A stretch of 54,829 nt of DNA from Corallococcus sp. (GCA_023667435.1 JAMPAB010000004.1:1-54829), one strand, 5' to 3'. Counted from the first letter of the stretch, positions 18,555-26,938 are shown. Translations and numbers: made by a program. The notes: generated by a model not told the origin, from the sequence alone.

Positions 18555-19006
18555 AGAATCCTCCTTTCGGACTACTCGTTCGACTATAATTGTTGCGGCA
18601 GCGCGCCGCGTCTTATTTCGCTTTCGTCGGGGCGAATATCCCAAACCCCGCAAAGGCGCAAAGCTCGGGTACGCGCCGAACTTTGCGACAAAGTTAAAAC
18701 GTTTGCGTTTACAATAAAAAATGCGGTATGCTTGAAAAAACATACCGCGATTATCGCCGTAATAAACCATTTTTCAAACAGGTACGTTTGCCAATATGAG
18801 CATATGACTATGCCTGCATATGAGCAAATTATACCGCGCAACTTGATAACGGGTTGCCGTCGAATACGACTACTGTTATTTCGCCGTATCTACTTGCAAG
18901 GGGATAGCTTACGGGGCAGTTTGACGTCCTTTCACCGAACGGACGCTCTCTGTACAAACCTGCTTTCCGCAGTCTTGTCCTTGCTCGAACGTATTTAATA
19001 TTTTAT
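18555..19006 (-). promoter_or_regulatory. T-box-like leader of ileS (atypical)
   Basis: Minus-strand Stem I elements: AG bulge AGAGAG, stem CGTCC/GGACG, distal loop GTTCGGTGAAAG, base helix GCAAGG/CCTTGC. An AUC codon (18903-18905) sits in the specifier position. F-box CCGTTA at 18847-18852, and a terminator hairpin is present. I could not find the canonical GGGTGGTACCGCG T-box motif. Confidence 0.5.
18714..18748 (-). terminator. Leader attenuator/terminator hairpin
   Basis: Minus strand GCGGTATG-ttttttcaag-CATACCGC followed by ATTTTTTATT. It lies about 160 nt upstream of the ileS ATG. Confidence 0.6.
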
Positions 19007-19013
19007 TTACTAC

Positions 19014-19042
19014 ATTTTAGCAAATTATATTAAAGTTGGCAA
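19014..19042 (-). promoter_or_regulatory. Sigma-A-type promoter of the ileS leader
   Basis: Minus strand TTGCCA, 17-nt spacer, TAAAAT. Confidence 0.6.
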
Positions 19043-19071
19043 GTGAAATTGAAAAGGTAATAATTCTCATT

Positions 19072-21270
19072 TTAACATAAAACTTCGTCAAGCAATCGCC
19101 ACGAATCGGAACGTATATCGTCGGAGTAATTGTCCGTGCAGATACACAGTTCTTCGCTTTGTTTATCGAAACGGACAAAGCCGCCTTTTAAATTATGCTT
19201 TTTCAAATAACTTCTTAATACCTCGAATTTTTTCGGCGAAAACATATCGATATCTTCGCTTGCGCCCGCCCTATCGAAGTCGCCCTTCGTTTCTATTATC
19301 CATATCTTTCCGTTTACGGATAAAATGTAGTCGGGATAAAAAAGTTTTTGACGTTTGCCGTTATCCTGATACACAATAGAAAAATACTCGTCGCCTTTGT
19401 CGCCGTTTTTATATATCCAGTCGACTGCACTGCATTTTTCGCAAAACTTTTCAAACTTCTTTTCGGAAGACGAACGCGGTTCGGCGGACAGCAAATAATC
19501 CCGATATACGTTTTTGGTACTCGCCGTCTGAAATTTACTCGCGGAATCGTAGGTGAAAGACATACTGCGCGGAATATAGAACGGTTTTTCTGACACCATA
19601 TCGGGAGAGAAAGATTGCTGCGCCAAATTCGCCGCCATAGCTTCGCGGCAGATATGTCGAAGCTCGTCCATATTGTTGATTACAAACGCATACAGTTCGC
19701 GAACGGACAAATCGAGAACTTGCCCCGTATAGGAAAATTTATCCCCGAACAACTTGCCTAATATTGTGTTCATTTTGGAATACTCCATACCGATTTCCAA
19801 CCCTATACGCCCGACGCGGTTGTGGTATTCCCGTCCGTGAACGTGCGTGTTGATAGGCTCTTTTATTTCAATGGCGTTAAGCCTGTCCTTTTCGGACAAT
19901 TCCCACATCATAACAACCTTGCCCGAATAGGTGTAGCGGACGATATTGTCCGCAAATATTAAGCCTTTGCTTTGAAGTTTGATTTTATTTTGCTTTTTGT
20001 CTCCCGTAAGTCCGTATTCGGATTTGAGATAAGCGGATATCGAAGCGAGCGCTTGTCGCGAATCGCGCAAATCCGTTACCGTTGTACGCTGTTCTTTTAT
20101 AAGCGTAAAAGATTTATACTCGTTTTTTATAAACAACGTCTTGGCGTCAAGCGCGCCGTTGCCCATACTTGCCTTTACGCCTTGCGTAAACGCGCTGTCA
20201 AACGTATAAAGATAGCAACTGTCAAGCAGGTCTCTGTCGTAGTGTTGTACTTCGGGCATACGGCGAATACGACCTATTGTCTGCACTTCAAACGTTTCGT
20301 CCATATTTTCGCGAAGTTTGACGAGAATGTGCGCTCTCGGGCAGTCCCAGCCCGTAGCAACCGCTTGTTTGATAATTACTGCAACCGTTTCGGCGTTGTT
20401 ATCGGAAATATTTTCAATGTTTTCGTGTCTGTTTGACAACCATACTGCAAGCGTACCCGCCTCATAGGTAATGCCGTTGCTTTCGAAAAACTTTTCTACG
20501 GTATCCAAAAGCAAGTCGGAATTATTAGGCAACTGCACGACGATAAGCGGATTGACGTCGGAATTTACCGAAAGGAATGCCGAGCGTAATTCGCGCTGTT
20601 TTGCAAGCGCTTTTTTAAGTAAATACTCCGTTTGATTTTCCGTTTCGATTACCTGCGGAAAGTTCTCGTTTATTACGAGTAACTTTTTAATAAGCCCTTG
20701 TGTAATAACGTCTTCTTCCGCCACTTCGATAAGTTTTGCGCGCCTGTCTATAATGGGAGTTGCAGAACAGCGTATAATTTTGTCCGTCTTAAATAACTGC
20801 ACGACGGCGTCCGCTTTTTCCGTAAAGTTTTGATGACTTTCGTCGATAATAACCTTAAACGACAGACCTGCGTCGAACGCTTTGTCTATCCATTCCGAAA
20901 AGTTGGTGCGCTCGCTGTCCTTTAAAGCGTTGTTGCCTCGTTTGGTAAGTTTTTCCCAGTTTATAAAGCAAGAGTCGTTTTCCGCAAAGCCGCACGTCAT
21001 AATGTCTGACAGCAGTTTCGTCTGCGCGTTGTGGATATATTTATCCATTTTCGCTTTGCTTTGTTCTTCCAAATTGCCTTTACCGGGCGTAAGCCAAACG
21101 AATACTGTTTTTGCGTGTCCCTTCACGTACTCGTCCATAAAATGCGTAAGTATTATGGTTTTGCCGCTACCCGTCGGGCTTTTAAGGATAATATCGCGGC
21201 TCGATTCTTCCATACTTTCAAGCAACTGCTTTATCGCTTTTAATTGAAAATCCGCTAACTTGATATTCAT
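19072..21270 (-). CDS. res: Type III restriction endonuclease, Res subunit (SF2 helicase plus PD-(D/E)xK nuclease)
   Basis: Helicase motif I SPTGSGKT and motif II IIDESH. C-terminal nuclease-like PDYIL...IWIIETKG. GGAGGG Shine-Dalgarno. The start lies 1 nt after the mod stop. Confidence 0.85.
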   Translation of the reverse strand: MNIKLADFQLKAIKQLLESMEESSRDIILKSPTGSGKTIILTHFMDEYVKGHAKTVFVWLTPGKGNLEEQSKAKMDKYIHNAQTKLLSDIMTCGFAENDSCFINWEKLTKRGNNALKDSERTNFSEWIDKAFDAGLSFKVIIDESHQNFTEKADAVVQLFKTDKIIRCSATPIIDRRAKLIEVAEEDVITQGLIKKLLVINENFPQVIETENQTEYLLKKALAKQRELRSAFLSVNSDVNPLIVVQLPNNSDLLLDTVEKFFESNGITYEAGTLAVWLSNRHENIENISDNNAETVAVIIKQAVATGWDCPRAHILVKLRENMDETFEVQTIGRIRRMPEVQHYDRDLLDSCYLYTFDSAFTQGVKASMGNGALDAKTLFIKNEYKSFTLIKEQRTTVTDLRDSRQALASISAYLKSEYGLTGDKKQNKIKLQSKGLIFADNIVRYTYSGKVVMMWELSEKDRLNAIEIKEPINTHVHGREYHNRVGRIGLEIGMEYSKMNTILGKLFGDKFSYTGQVLDLSVRELYAFVINNMDELRHICREAMAANLAQQSFSPDMVSEKPFYIPRSMSFTYDSASKFQTASTKNVYRDYLLSAEPRSSSEKKFEKFCEKCSAVDWIYKNGDKGDEYFSIVYQDNGKRQKLFYPDYILSVNGKIWIIETKGDFDRAGASEDIDMFSPKKFEVLRSYLKKHNLKGGFVRFDKQSEELCICTDNYSDDIRSDSWRLLDEVLC

Positions 21271-21271
21271 A

Positions 21272-22990
21272 TCAGCCCTCCAAGTCCTTGTAGTAATAGT
21301 CGGGAATTACGTTTATTGCAATATTATATTTTTTAAACAGTTTTTCCTGCGCTTCGCTCGTCAATACGTCGTGTCCGAGATATATCGCTTTGCAATCGGT
21401 ATCGTAAGATAATGAAGCGGTAAATGCGTCAAGTTCGGCTTCGGTAAGAATAATCGCGATTTCCGCATTGCCGTCGAAGTTTACGCCGTTTTCCAGTTCC
21501 ACAAGTTCCTTTATATGCTTTAACAGTTCGTCGGCATATTCATAGTACAGTTTGTCCGAGATAGGCAAATAATCCACCTTGAAATATTTAAGGCTTGCCG
21601 AATATTTTTCCTTATCTATAACGCGCTTGATGCGTTCATAAGTAACGTTGCGGCAGATATTGTTTTCGTTGTTTGTACATAGTATAAACTTGCGCTTGCC
21701 GCCGTCTTGCGCATTTAACTTCATAACGGCATGTCCCGTCGTACCGCTGCCTGCGAAGAAGTCGAGAACGCACGCTTTACTATTATCGATTAACGCCGTT
21801 AAATCTTGAATTAAAGAAACGGGTTTGGAATACGAGAAAACGTTATTTTTTTCGAAAATTTCTTTTAAACTTTTCGTCCCTTTGGTATTTTGATATTCGG
21901 GGGAAATCAAAAACAGCGAATTTATGTTAGCAAACTCTTTTTTAACGTCCGATAAATATTTTTTGATATAAAAAGCGTACCCGCTTTTTTTCTCTTTTTT
22001 CTCGAATACAACGCGACCTTCCTCTTTAAATTTATTGAAAGTGTCTTCGACATAATGCCATTGTCGCCTGTCGGTCTCATCGTAATAAACCGGCGGATAA
22101 TACGTGACGTTTGTATACGGATTGGTAATTCCGTATCTGGCATACCCGTACCTTCCGCCGTCTATTTTAATTAAAAGACTGTCTTTTTTCCATGAACCTT
22201 TCGGATCGTTATCGGGATTAGAAAAACCTTCAAACGATTTCTTTACTCCTTTGATAATTTTGGATTTTTTAAATTCTTCGGAATTATTGCAATATACCAA
22301 TACGTAATCCTGATTTTTATTTATATTATAAACGGACGTTTTTTCTCCAGATGAAGAATTTCGCGTAAACAAACCGATAAAATTATCTTCGTTAAAAATT
22401 TCATTGCACAGACAAATTATATTTGCCAACTCTATATCGTCTATCGAAATGAATACGATACCTTTTGCGGAAAGCAGTCTTTTGGCAACAAACAGGCGCT
22501 TTTCCATAAAAGACAACCACTTGCTGTGTCGATAAGAATCGTCGTTACATATATAATCGTCGTCGTAAATAAAATCTCTGTTGCCGGTATTATAAGGCGG
22601 ATCTATGTAAATAATATCAATCTTGACTTTATGAGTTTTTTCGAGCAGTTGCAACGAGGCGAGATTGTCGCCCTCGATAAGAAAGTTCATTTGCCCGCCG
22701 TTATCGATAAACAGGTCTTTTTCTTCCGTCAAAACGGGGGTGTGCGTCTCTAAAAGTTCGTCTATTGCTTCGCGGTGTTCTTCAAATACAAGTCCGTATT
22801 TTTTACCTTTAATATCTTTTTCGATTTCGGCAACGTACGTTAAAAGCTGCGCGGTATTTTCGTCCTGCGGCGCTTCTGCAATATACTTTTTTATCGCTTT
22901 AATCTTTGCAATAAGTCTTTCGCGTTTTTGTTTGGAAATGTTTACAGACATATTTTCGACTGTTTCCTTGTAACGTTTTTTTGAATACAT
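21272..22990 (-). CDS. mod: Type III DNA methyltransferase, Mod subunit (beta-class N6A/N4C)
   Basis: Motif IV IIYIDPPYNTG comes before motif I VLDFFAGSGTTGHA, which is the beta permutation. The start is uncertain: ATG 22990 has no Shine-Dalgarno, while the internal ATG 22951 (MSVNISKQ) follows AAGGAA. Confidence 0.85.
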   Translation of the reverse strand: MYSKKRYKETVENMSVNISKQKRERLIAKIKAIKKYIAEAPQDENTAQLLTYVAEIEKDIKGKKYGLVFEEHREAIDELLETHTPVLTEEKDLFIDNGGQMNFLIEGDNLASLQLLEKTHKVKIDIIYIDPPYNTGNRDFIYDDDYICNDDSYRHSKWLSFMEKRLFVAKRLLSAKGIVFISIDDIELANIICLCNEIFNEDNFIGLFTRNSSSGEKTSVYNINKNQDYVLVYCNNSEEFKKSKIIKGVKKSFEGFSNPDNDPKGSWKKDSLLIKIDGGRYGYARYGITNPYTNVTYYPPVYYDETDRRQWHYVEDTFNKFKEEGRVVFEKKEKKSGYAFYIKKYLSDVKKEFANINSLFLISPEYQNTKGTKSLKEIFEKNNVFSYSKPVSLIQDLTALIDNSKACVLDFFAGSGTTGHAVMKLNAQDGGKRKFILCTNNENNICRNVTYERIKRVIDKEKYSASLKYFKVDYLPISDKLYYEYADELLKHIKELVELENGVNFDGNAEIAIILTEAELDAFTASLSYDTDCKAIYLGHDVLTSEAQEKLFKKYNIAINVIPDYYYKDLEG

Positions 22991-23034
22991 ATGTATTCAA
23001 TATGATTATAAAGTACCTAATTAGGAACTGTCAA
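22981..23034 (-). promoter_or_regulatory. Consensus promoter of mod-res with two embedded palindromes (candidate operators)
   Basis: Minus strand TTGACA (23029-23034), 18-nt spacer, TATAAT (23005-23010). The 10-bp palindrome CCTAATTAGG (23016-23025) sits in the spacer. The 20-bp perfect palindrome TTGAATACATATGTATTCAA (22981-23000) starts 4 nt downstream of the -10 and covers the first ATG. Confidence 0.6.
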
Positions 23035-23068
23035 GTATTAAATAAAAATCTAAGTTTATAATATAAAT

Positions 23069-23293
23069 ATGAAATTTTCCGAATTGCTTCAAAAACTATT
23101 GGACGAATACAGCATAACGCAAGCGATTCTGTCTAAAAATACGGGAATTCCCAAAACAACGATTAACGGTTGGATGAATGCGGGAAGATTGCCAGATTAC
23201 AACTCCATACGCGCGTTATGTATTTATTTCGATATAAGCGCGGACGAATTGTTGCAATTAAACGGGGAACAAAATGACGATAAACGAAGATAA
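23069..23293 (+). CDS. XRE family HTH protein (74 aa)
   Basis: YSITQAILSKNTGIPKTTINGWMNAGRLP. No Shine-Dalgarno. A TATAAT ends 6 nt before the ATG, so the transcript may be leaderless. Confidence 0.75.
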   Translation: MKFSELLQKLLDEYSITQAILSKNTGIPKTTINGWMNAGRLPDYNSIRALCIYFDISADELLQLNGEQNDDKRR

Positions 23294-23525
23294 AAAAACT
23301 GCTCTTGACGCTAAAATCGTGGGCGAAGTAATTGCGGAAATGAGAAATAAAAAAGGTATGTCACAGGAAGCTCTAAGCGGACTTGCCGACATAGGCAGAA
23401 CGCATCTGAGCGCTATCGAACGCGGCGAACGCAAGCCGACGTTGGAAACGCTGTACCGCATAAGCATTGCATTGAACGTAACAATGTCTGCGATTGTAAA
23501 AGAAATAGAAAACAGATTAAACTGA
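23274..23525 (+). CDS. XRE family HTH protein (83 aa)
   Basis: RNKKGMSQEALSGLADIGRTHLSAIERGERKPTLETLYRI. Overlaps the previous XRE gene by 20 nt. Confidence 0.8.
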   Translation: MTINEDKKTALDAKIVGEVIAEMRNKKGMSQEALSGLADIGRTHLSAIERGERKPTLETLYRISIALNVTMSAIVKEIENRLN

Positions 23526-23527
23526 AA

Positions 23528-23566
23528 AACGGCAACGACCTGCTTAAAAGTCGCTGCCGTTTAATA
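23528..23566. terminator. Bidirectional terminator
   Basis: AACGGCA(A)CGAC-ctgcttaaaa-GTCG(C)TGCCGTT followed by TTAAT. It lies between convergent genes. Confidence 0.7.
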
Positions 23567-23605
23567 TTTAGATTATTTGCGCTTGGTAAGACGAATATAT
23601 CGCCT

Positions 23606-24265
23606 CTACATAATAATTTCTATATCGAAAAACTTTTCCTGAAAATCGACCGCTCGGGCAATTTCGTCGCGCGTAAAGCGTTTGTTGCTGCCCATATCCA
23701 CCACCCACTTCGTTTCGCTGTCGTCCTTGCGGCGAATAACGGCGACAATCCAACCGCTTACTTGCTGTCCTACAAACATAGGAATTTTGTAATCGATGAT
23801 GTACGCGTCCTGCTCCTCGCCGTCTCCGCCCATAACACCCTCGACGTGTCCGTAGTTAAGCTCATACTTTACATCGGGGTGAGAGGGGTGTCTGCTTCCC
23901 AACGGGCGGTCGATTGTAACCCTTACAATGCGGTCGATCAATTCTTCGTCGTCGAGTTGTTCTTCCTTTGCGAAAAACAGAACGTCTAATATTTCCGAAG
24001 CAGAGTTGTAATCGGCATATTTAACGTAGAATTTGTAACTTACAGGCGTGTTGTACGGGTTGAATCCGCCGAAAACGGGAACGCTTACGAATTCTATATC
24101 GTTGTTATTAAGCGCGTCGGAAAACATACTGCGAGACCAGTCTCCCATTTCGGAAACGAAACACAAATCGTTATCTTGCGGTTCGCGCGTCGCATTTCCG
24201 CATTTTGGGCAAACTTCCTGCTCCATCAATTCGCTGCAATGTTCGCAATATTTCATACCGTTCAT
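23606..24265 (-). CDS. Fusion protein: zinc ribbon + DUF2007-like domain + small inorganic-pyrophosphatase-like domain
   Basis: N-terminus CEHC..CPKCG. C-terminal half VTIDRPLGSRHPSHPDVKYELNYGHVEGVMGGDGEEQDAYII...RRKDDSETKWVV matches my memory of the short clostridial proteins annotated as inorganic diphosphatase. Confidence 0.7.
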   Translation of the reverse strand: MNGMKYCEHCSELMEQEVCPKCGNATREPQDNDLCFVSEMGDWSRSMFSDALNNNDIEFVSVPVFGGFNPYNTPVSYKFYVKYADYNSASEILDVLFFAKEEQLDDEELIDRIVRVTIDRPLGSRHPSHPDVKYELNYGHVEGVMGGDGEEQDAYIIDYKIPMFVGQQVSGWIVAVIRRKDDSETKWVVDMGSNKRFTRDEIARAVDFQEKFFDIEIIM

Positions 24266-24480
24266 TCCTTGTAGTCGGGCTTTTTGCGCAGTTTACGTTC
24301 GTTGCCGTGTTCGTCCACAACGTAAGTGTTATCCAATGTCTGTTGGACGCCGCGCCGCCAGTCGTCGATATATTCTTTGCGTAACGCCGCCTGTTCCGCC
24401 TTTTCGCCGTCGGTCAAACCTTCGGCGGTTTTGGACTTGCGCGCAAGCTCGTTTATGCGGTCTATTTTACTTTGTTCCAT
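24262..24480 (-). CDS. DUF896 (UPF0291/YnzC) family protein
   Basis: 72 aa. IDRINELARKSKTAEGLTDGEKAEQAALRKEYI is typical of the family. Its TGA overlaps the downstream ATG (ATGA). Confidence 0.8.
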   Translation of the reverse strand: MEQSKIDRINELARKSKTAEGLTDGEKAEQAALRKEYIDDWRRGVQQTLDNTYVVDEHGNERKLRKKPDYKE

Positions 24481-24497
24481 AATACACCTTTTATATA

Positions 24498-24526
24498 ATT
24501 ATAACACGGCGGACAAATGCAGTCAA
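24498..24526 (-). promoter_or_regulatory. Sigma-A-type promoter of the DUF896 operon
   Basis: Minus strand TTGACT, 17-nt spacer, TATAAT. Confidence 0.65.
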
Positions 24527-24633
24527 GAGGCAAAATCTTCCGCGCGTACGTTACCGTAAATACGATACGTATTACGTTAAACCGTTTTTCCGCCGTTCGG
24601 CAACCGCCGAGAATTAGAGTTTTGTAAAACCGC

Positions 24634-24669
24634 GCAAAAAAACGACTATCCTAAAAAAAGAATAGTCGC
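24634..24669 (-). terminator. Terminator of the SRP RNA gene
   Basis: Minus strand CGACTATTC-tttttttag-GATAGTCG followed by T7. Confidence 0.7.
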
Positions 24670-24680
24670 GAAATATCTAT

Positions 24681-24947
24681 GACTGCGCGTTACAGTTGAC
24701 AGTATATGCCGAAACGGTATCTCCGTAGGCGGCTACTTCAAAGCTACCTTGCGGCGCACGCTCATATTGCTTAGCGCTGCTGTGTTCCCACCCTGACGCG
24801 GTTCACAACTTTACGTCGCGCAAGACCTTGATATCAACGCTCCTTGCGAATTCCAGCTTTCCACATACAAAGCCGCCTGCAACATTCAGCCCTACTGTAG
24901 CGGATTGTAGGCGACAGGGCACCGCTAGCTCCCCGCCTAGCGCAGTA
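24681..24947 (-). ncRNA. ffs: Signal recognition particle RNA, large Bacillus type (with Alu domain)
   Basis: The minus-strand 5' part GCTAGGCGGGGAGCTAGCGGTGCCCTGTCGCCTACAATCCGCTACAGTAGGGCTGAAT closely parallels the B. subtilis scRNA Alu domain. Domain IV GTCAGGGTGGGAACACAGCAGC is present. The 5' ACTGCGC pairs with the 3' GCGCAGT. It has its own promoter and terminator. Confidence 0.9.
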
Positions 24948-24952
24948 CAGTC

Positions 24953-24981
24953 ATTATACAACACCTAAACGAAAAACGCAA
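24953..24981 (-). promoter_or_regulatory. Sigma-A-type promoter of the SRP RNA
   Basis: Minus strand TTGCGT, 17-nt spacer, TATAAT. The predicted start is about 24946. Confidence 0.65.
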
Positions 24982-25085
24982 GTGTTTGTTGCTTCGTACT
25001 TTGCAATGATTGTCGAAAGTCGGACAAAACGACGCCGCGCCCCGCTTACAGACGGCGACAGAGCTTTTACTCATTACTCACTCGG

Positions 25086-26117
25086 TTATTTACGCAAAGT
25101 AATAACGGTCGAAGCAAAACCGTTGGCATTAAGTATCGGCACGGAATAAAAGTAACCGTCGGCGATCTGAGAATTATCGACTATTTTACGGTTGTAATAC
25201 TCCGAACCGTCGCAACCGACGAATTTTTCTTCTATTACCGCATAAAGACAGTCGTCGGATATTACGTACGACGTTTCGCCGTTCCATTTAAAACTTTTTA
25301 ACAATTCGGCGTCCATTGCGTATTCGTAAATAGTAATTCGGCTCAATTCGTCCACGTGCTTGAAATTGAGCGTTACGCCCCAACGTTGTTCTCCTTTGCC
25401 GACGCTTACTAACACTTTGCTGCGTGCGCACACCGTATAACAGGGTTCGAACGCATAGCTTTCGGACTTTTCGTCGTAGTAAACGGCGAACAGATAACAT
25501 TCGTCTACGTCGTAAAACAGCGTAACGTCCATAGTAATACTGCAACTCATCTTAAAGTCTTTGCTTATTTGCAGCGTCGTTCCGGTACCGATATAGAACG
25601 CGTCTACGCCTGTTATTTTAGTAAGGAATCCCGATAGATTGTAACTTCTGCCCGACAGCTTGTCGCCTTCTACCGTATAACAGTATCCGAACAGTTTTCC
25701 TTGTTCCAGCGCTTCTATATCGGGTATTTCTCCGTTTAACGACCCTACGATGCCGACAAGCTGCAAATCGTTGTCATAAGCAGGTTTAAGGTGTGCAACC
25801 GACAGCACTATCGCCGTAACGGATATCGCCGCAATAAGCAGCGCGGCAATAATCGACACTATGATATTGCGTTTGTTTTTTTGCCTACTGACGTTGGAAC
25901 TGATTGCCTCTTTTGTAATTTCCTCTTTGGACAGCAATTCGTCAAGCGTAACGCCGAGCATTTTCGCAATCTCAGACATAACGTCGAGGTTAGGATAGTT
26001 GACGCCCGTTTCGTATTTCGATACCGCCTGACGCGATACGCATAATCGGTTTGCAAGGTCTTCCTGCGTTAAATTGTGTTCGGCGCGGTACTGCTTTAAT
26101 CTGTCTTTAAATTCCAT
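25086..26117 (-). CDS. Membrane-anchored XRE family HTH protein with an extracytoplasmic domain
   Basis: HTH LTQEDLANRLCVSRQAVSKYETGVNYP, one TM helix (IIVSIIAALLIAAISVTAIVLSV) and a C-terminal domain of about 230 aa. Start taken at MEFKDRL (ATG 26115-26117) after AAGGAGG. Confidence 0.75.
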   Translation of the reverse strand: MEFKDRLKQYRAEHNLTQEDLANRLCVSRQAVSKYETGVNYPNLDVMSEIAKMLGVTLDELLSKEEITKEAISSNVSRQKNKRNIIVSIIAALLIAAISVTAIVLSVAHLKPAYDNDLQLVGIVGSLNGEIPDIEALEQGKLFGYCYTVEGDKLSGRSYNLSGFLTKITGVDAFYIGTGTTLQISKDFKMSCSITMDVTLFYDVDECYLFAVYYDEKSESYAFEPCYTVCARSKVLVSVGKGEQRWGVTLNFKHVDELSRITIYEYAMDAELLKSFKWNGETSYVISDDCLYAVIEEKFVGCDGSEYYNRKIVDNSQIADGYFYSVPILNANGFASTVITLRK

Positions 26118-26207
26118 AAAACTTCCTCCTTGCCTAAAATGATAAATGCTTAAACCGTAAATGTAAAGATATTTTCGGTTGCGCAAAGAGGTTGCAATGA
26201 TATTTTA

Positions 26208-26912
26208 TTACACCAACTTGCTAATTTCCTTTTTAAGCCGTCCTATTATTTTCTTTTCCAAACGGGAAATGTACGACTGCGAGATACCCAACATATCCGC
26301 GACCTCCTTTTGAGTGCGTTCGTCCGCGCCGTCTAAGCCGAAACGCATTTCTATTATCTGCTGTTCCCTCTCGGACAGCCTCGACAATCCTTCCTCCAAA
26401 AGCTGCCGTTCCACCTGACTTTCGACGTGATTGTAGATAGCGTCGGTATCGGTACCCAATATGTCGGCGAGCAGTAGTTCGTTGCCGTCGCCGTCCACGT
26501 TGAGCGGTTCGTCCAAGCTTACCTCCGCCTTGCGTTTGGAAAGCTTGCGCAAATACATAAGAATCTCGTTTTCGATACAGCGACTTGCGTAAGTGGCAAG
26601 CTTTATTTGCTTTTCCGCCTTAAAGCTGTTAATCGCCTTGATAAGTCCTATTGTGCCGACGGATACGAGATCCTCCATATCAAGTCCGCTGCTTTCGAAT
26701 TTTTTTGCAAGAAACACCACCAAGCGCAAATTGTGTTCTACAAGTTTATCTTTGGCTGCGTTATCTCCCTGCGAAATCGCGGCAAGCAAATTCGCTTCTT
26801 CTTCGGCGGACAGCGGATGAGGCAATGCTTCCGCTCCGCACAGATAGTGTACCGCCTTTTGCGATAACGACAGCTTTAAAAGCAGTTTTTTAAGTAATTC
26901 CAACATTTTCAT
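26208..26912 (-). CDS. sigE: Sporulation sigma factor SigE (pro-sigma-E)
   Basis: N-terminal pro-sequence followed by [17 protein letters not shown]. Regions 2 and 4 ([38 protein letters not shown]). Lies directly after spoIIGA. Confidence 0.9.
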   Translation of the reverse strand: MKMLELLKKLLLKLSLSQKAVHYLCGAEALPHPLSAEEEANLLAAISQGDNAAKDKLVEHNLRLVVFLAKKFESSGLDMEDLVSVGTIGLIKAINSFKAEKQIKLATYASRCIENEILMYLRKLSKRKAEVSLDEPLNVDGDGNELLLADILGTDTDAIYNHVESQVERQLLEEGLSRLSEREQQIIEMRFGLDGADERTQKEVADMLGISQSYISRLEKKIIGRLKKEISKLV

Positions 26913-26938
26913 TTCTATCCCTCCCTAAAATATTCGCG

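Noticed and set aside
19057-19071. A possible att-like direct repeat flanking the R-M island: TAATAATTCTCAT at 19058-19070 and TAATAATTTCTAT at about 23601-23613.
   Set aside because: The match is only about 10-11 nt of AT-rich sequence with a one-base indel. The right-hand copy lies inside the coding end of the pyrophosphatase-fusion gene. No integrase is present, so this is most likely chance.
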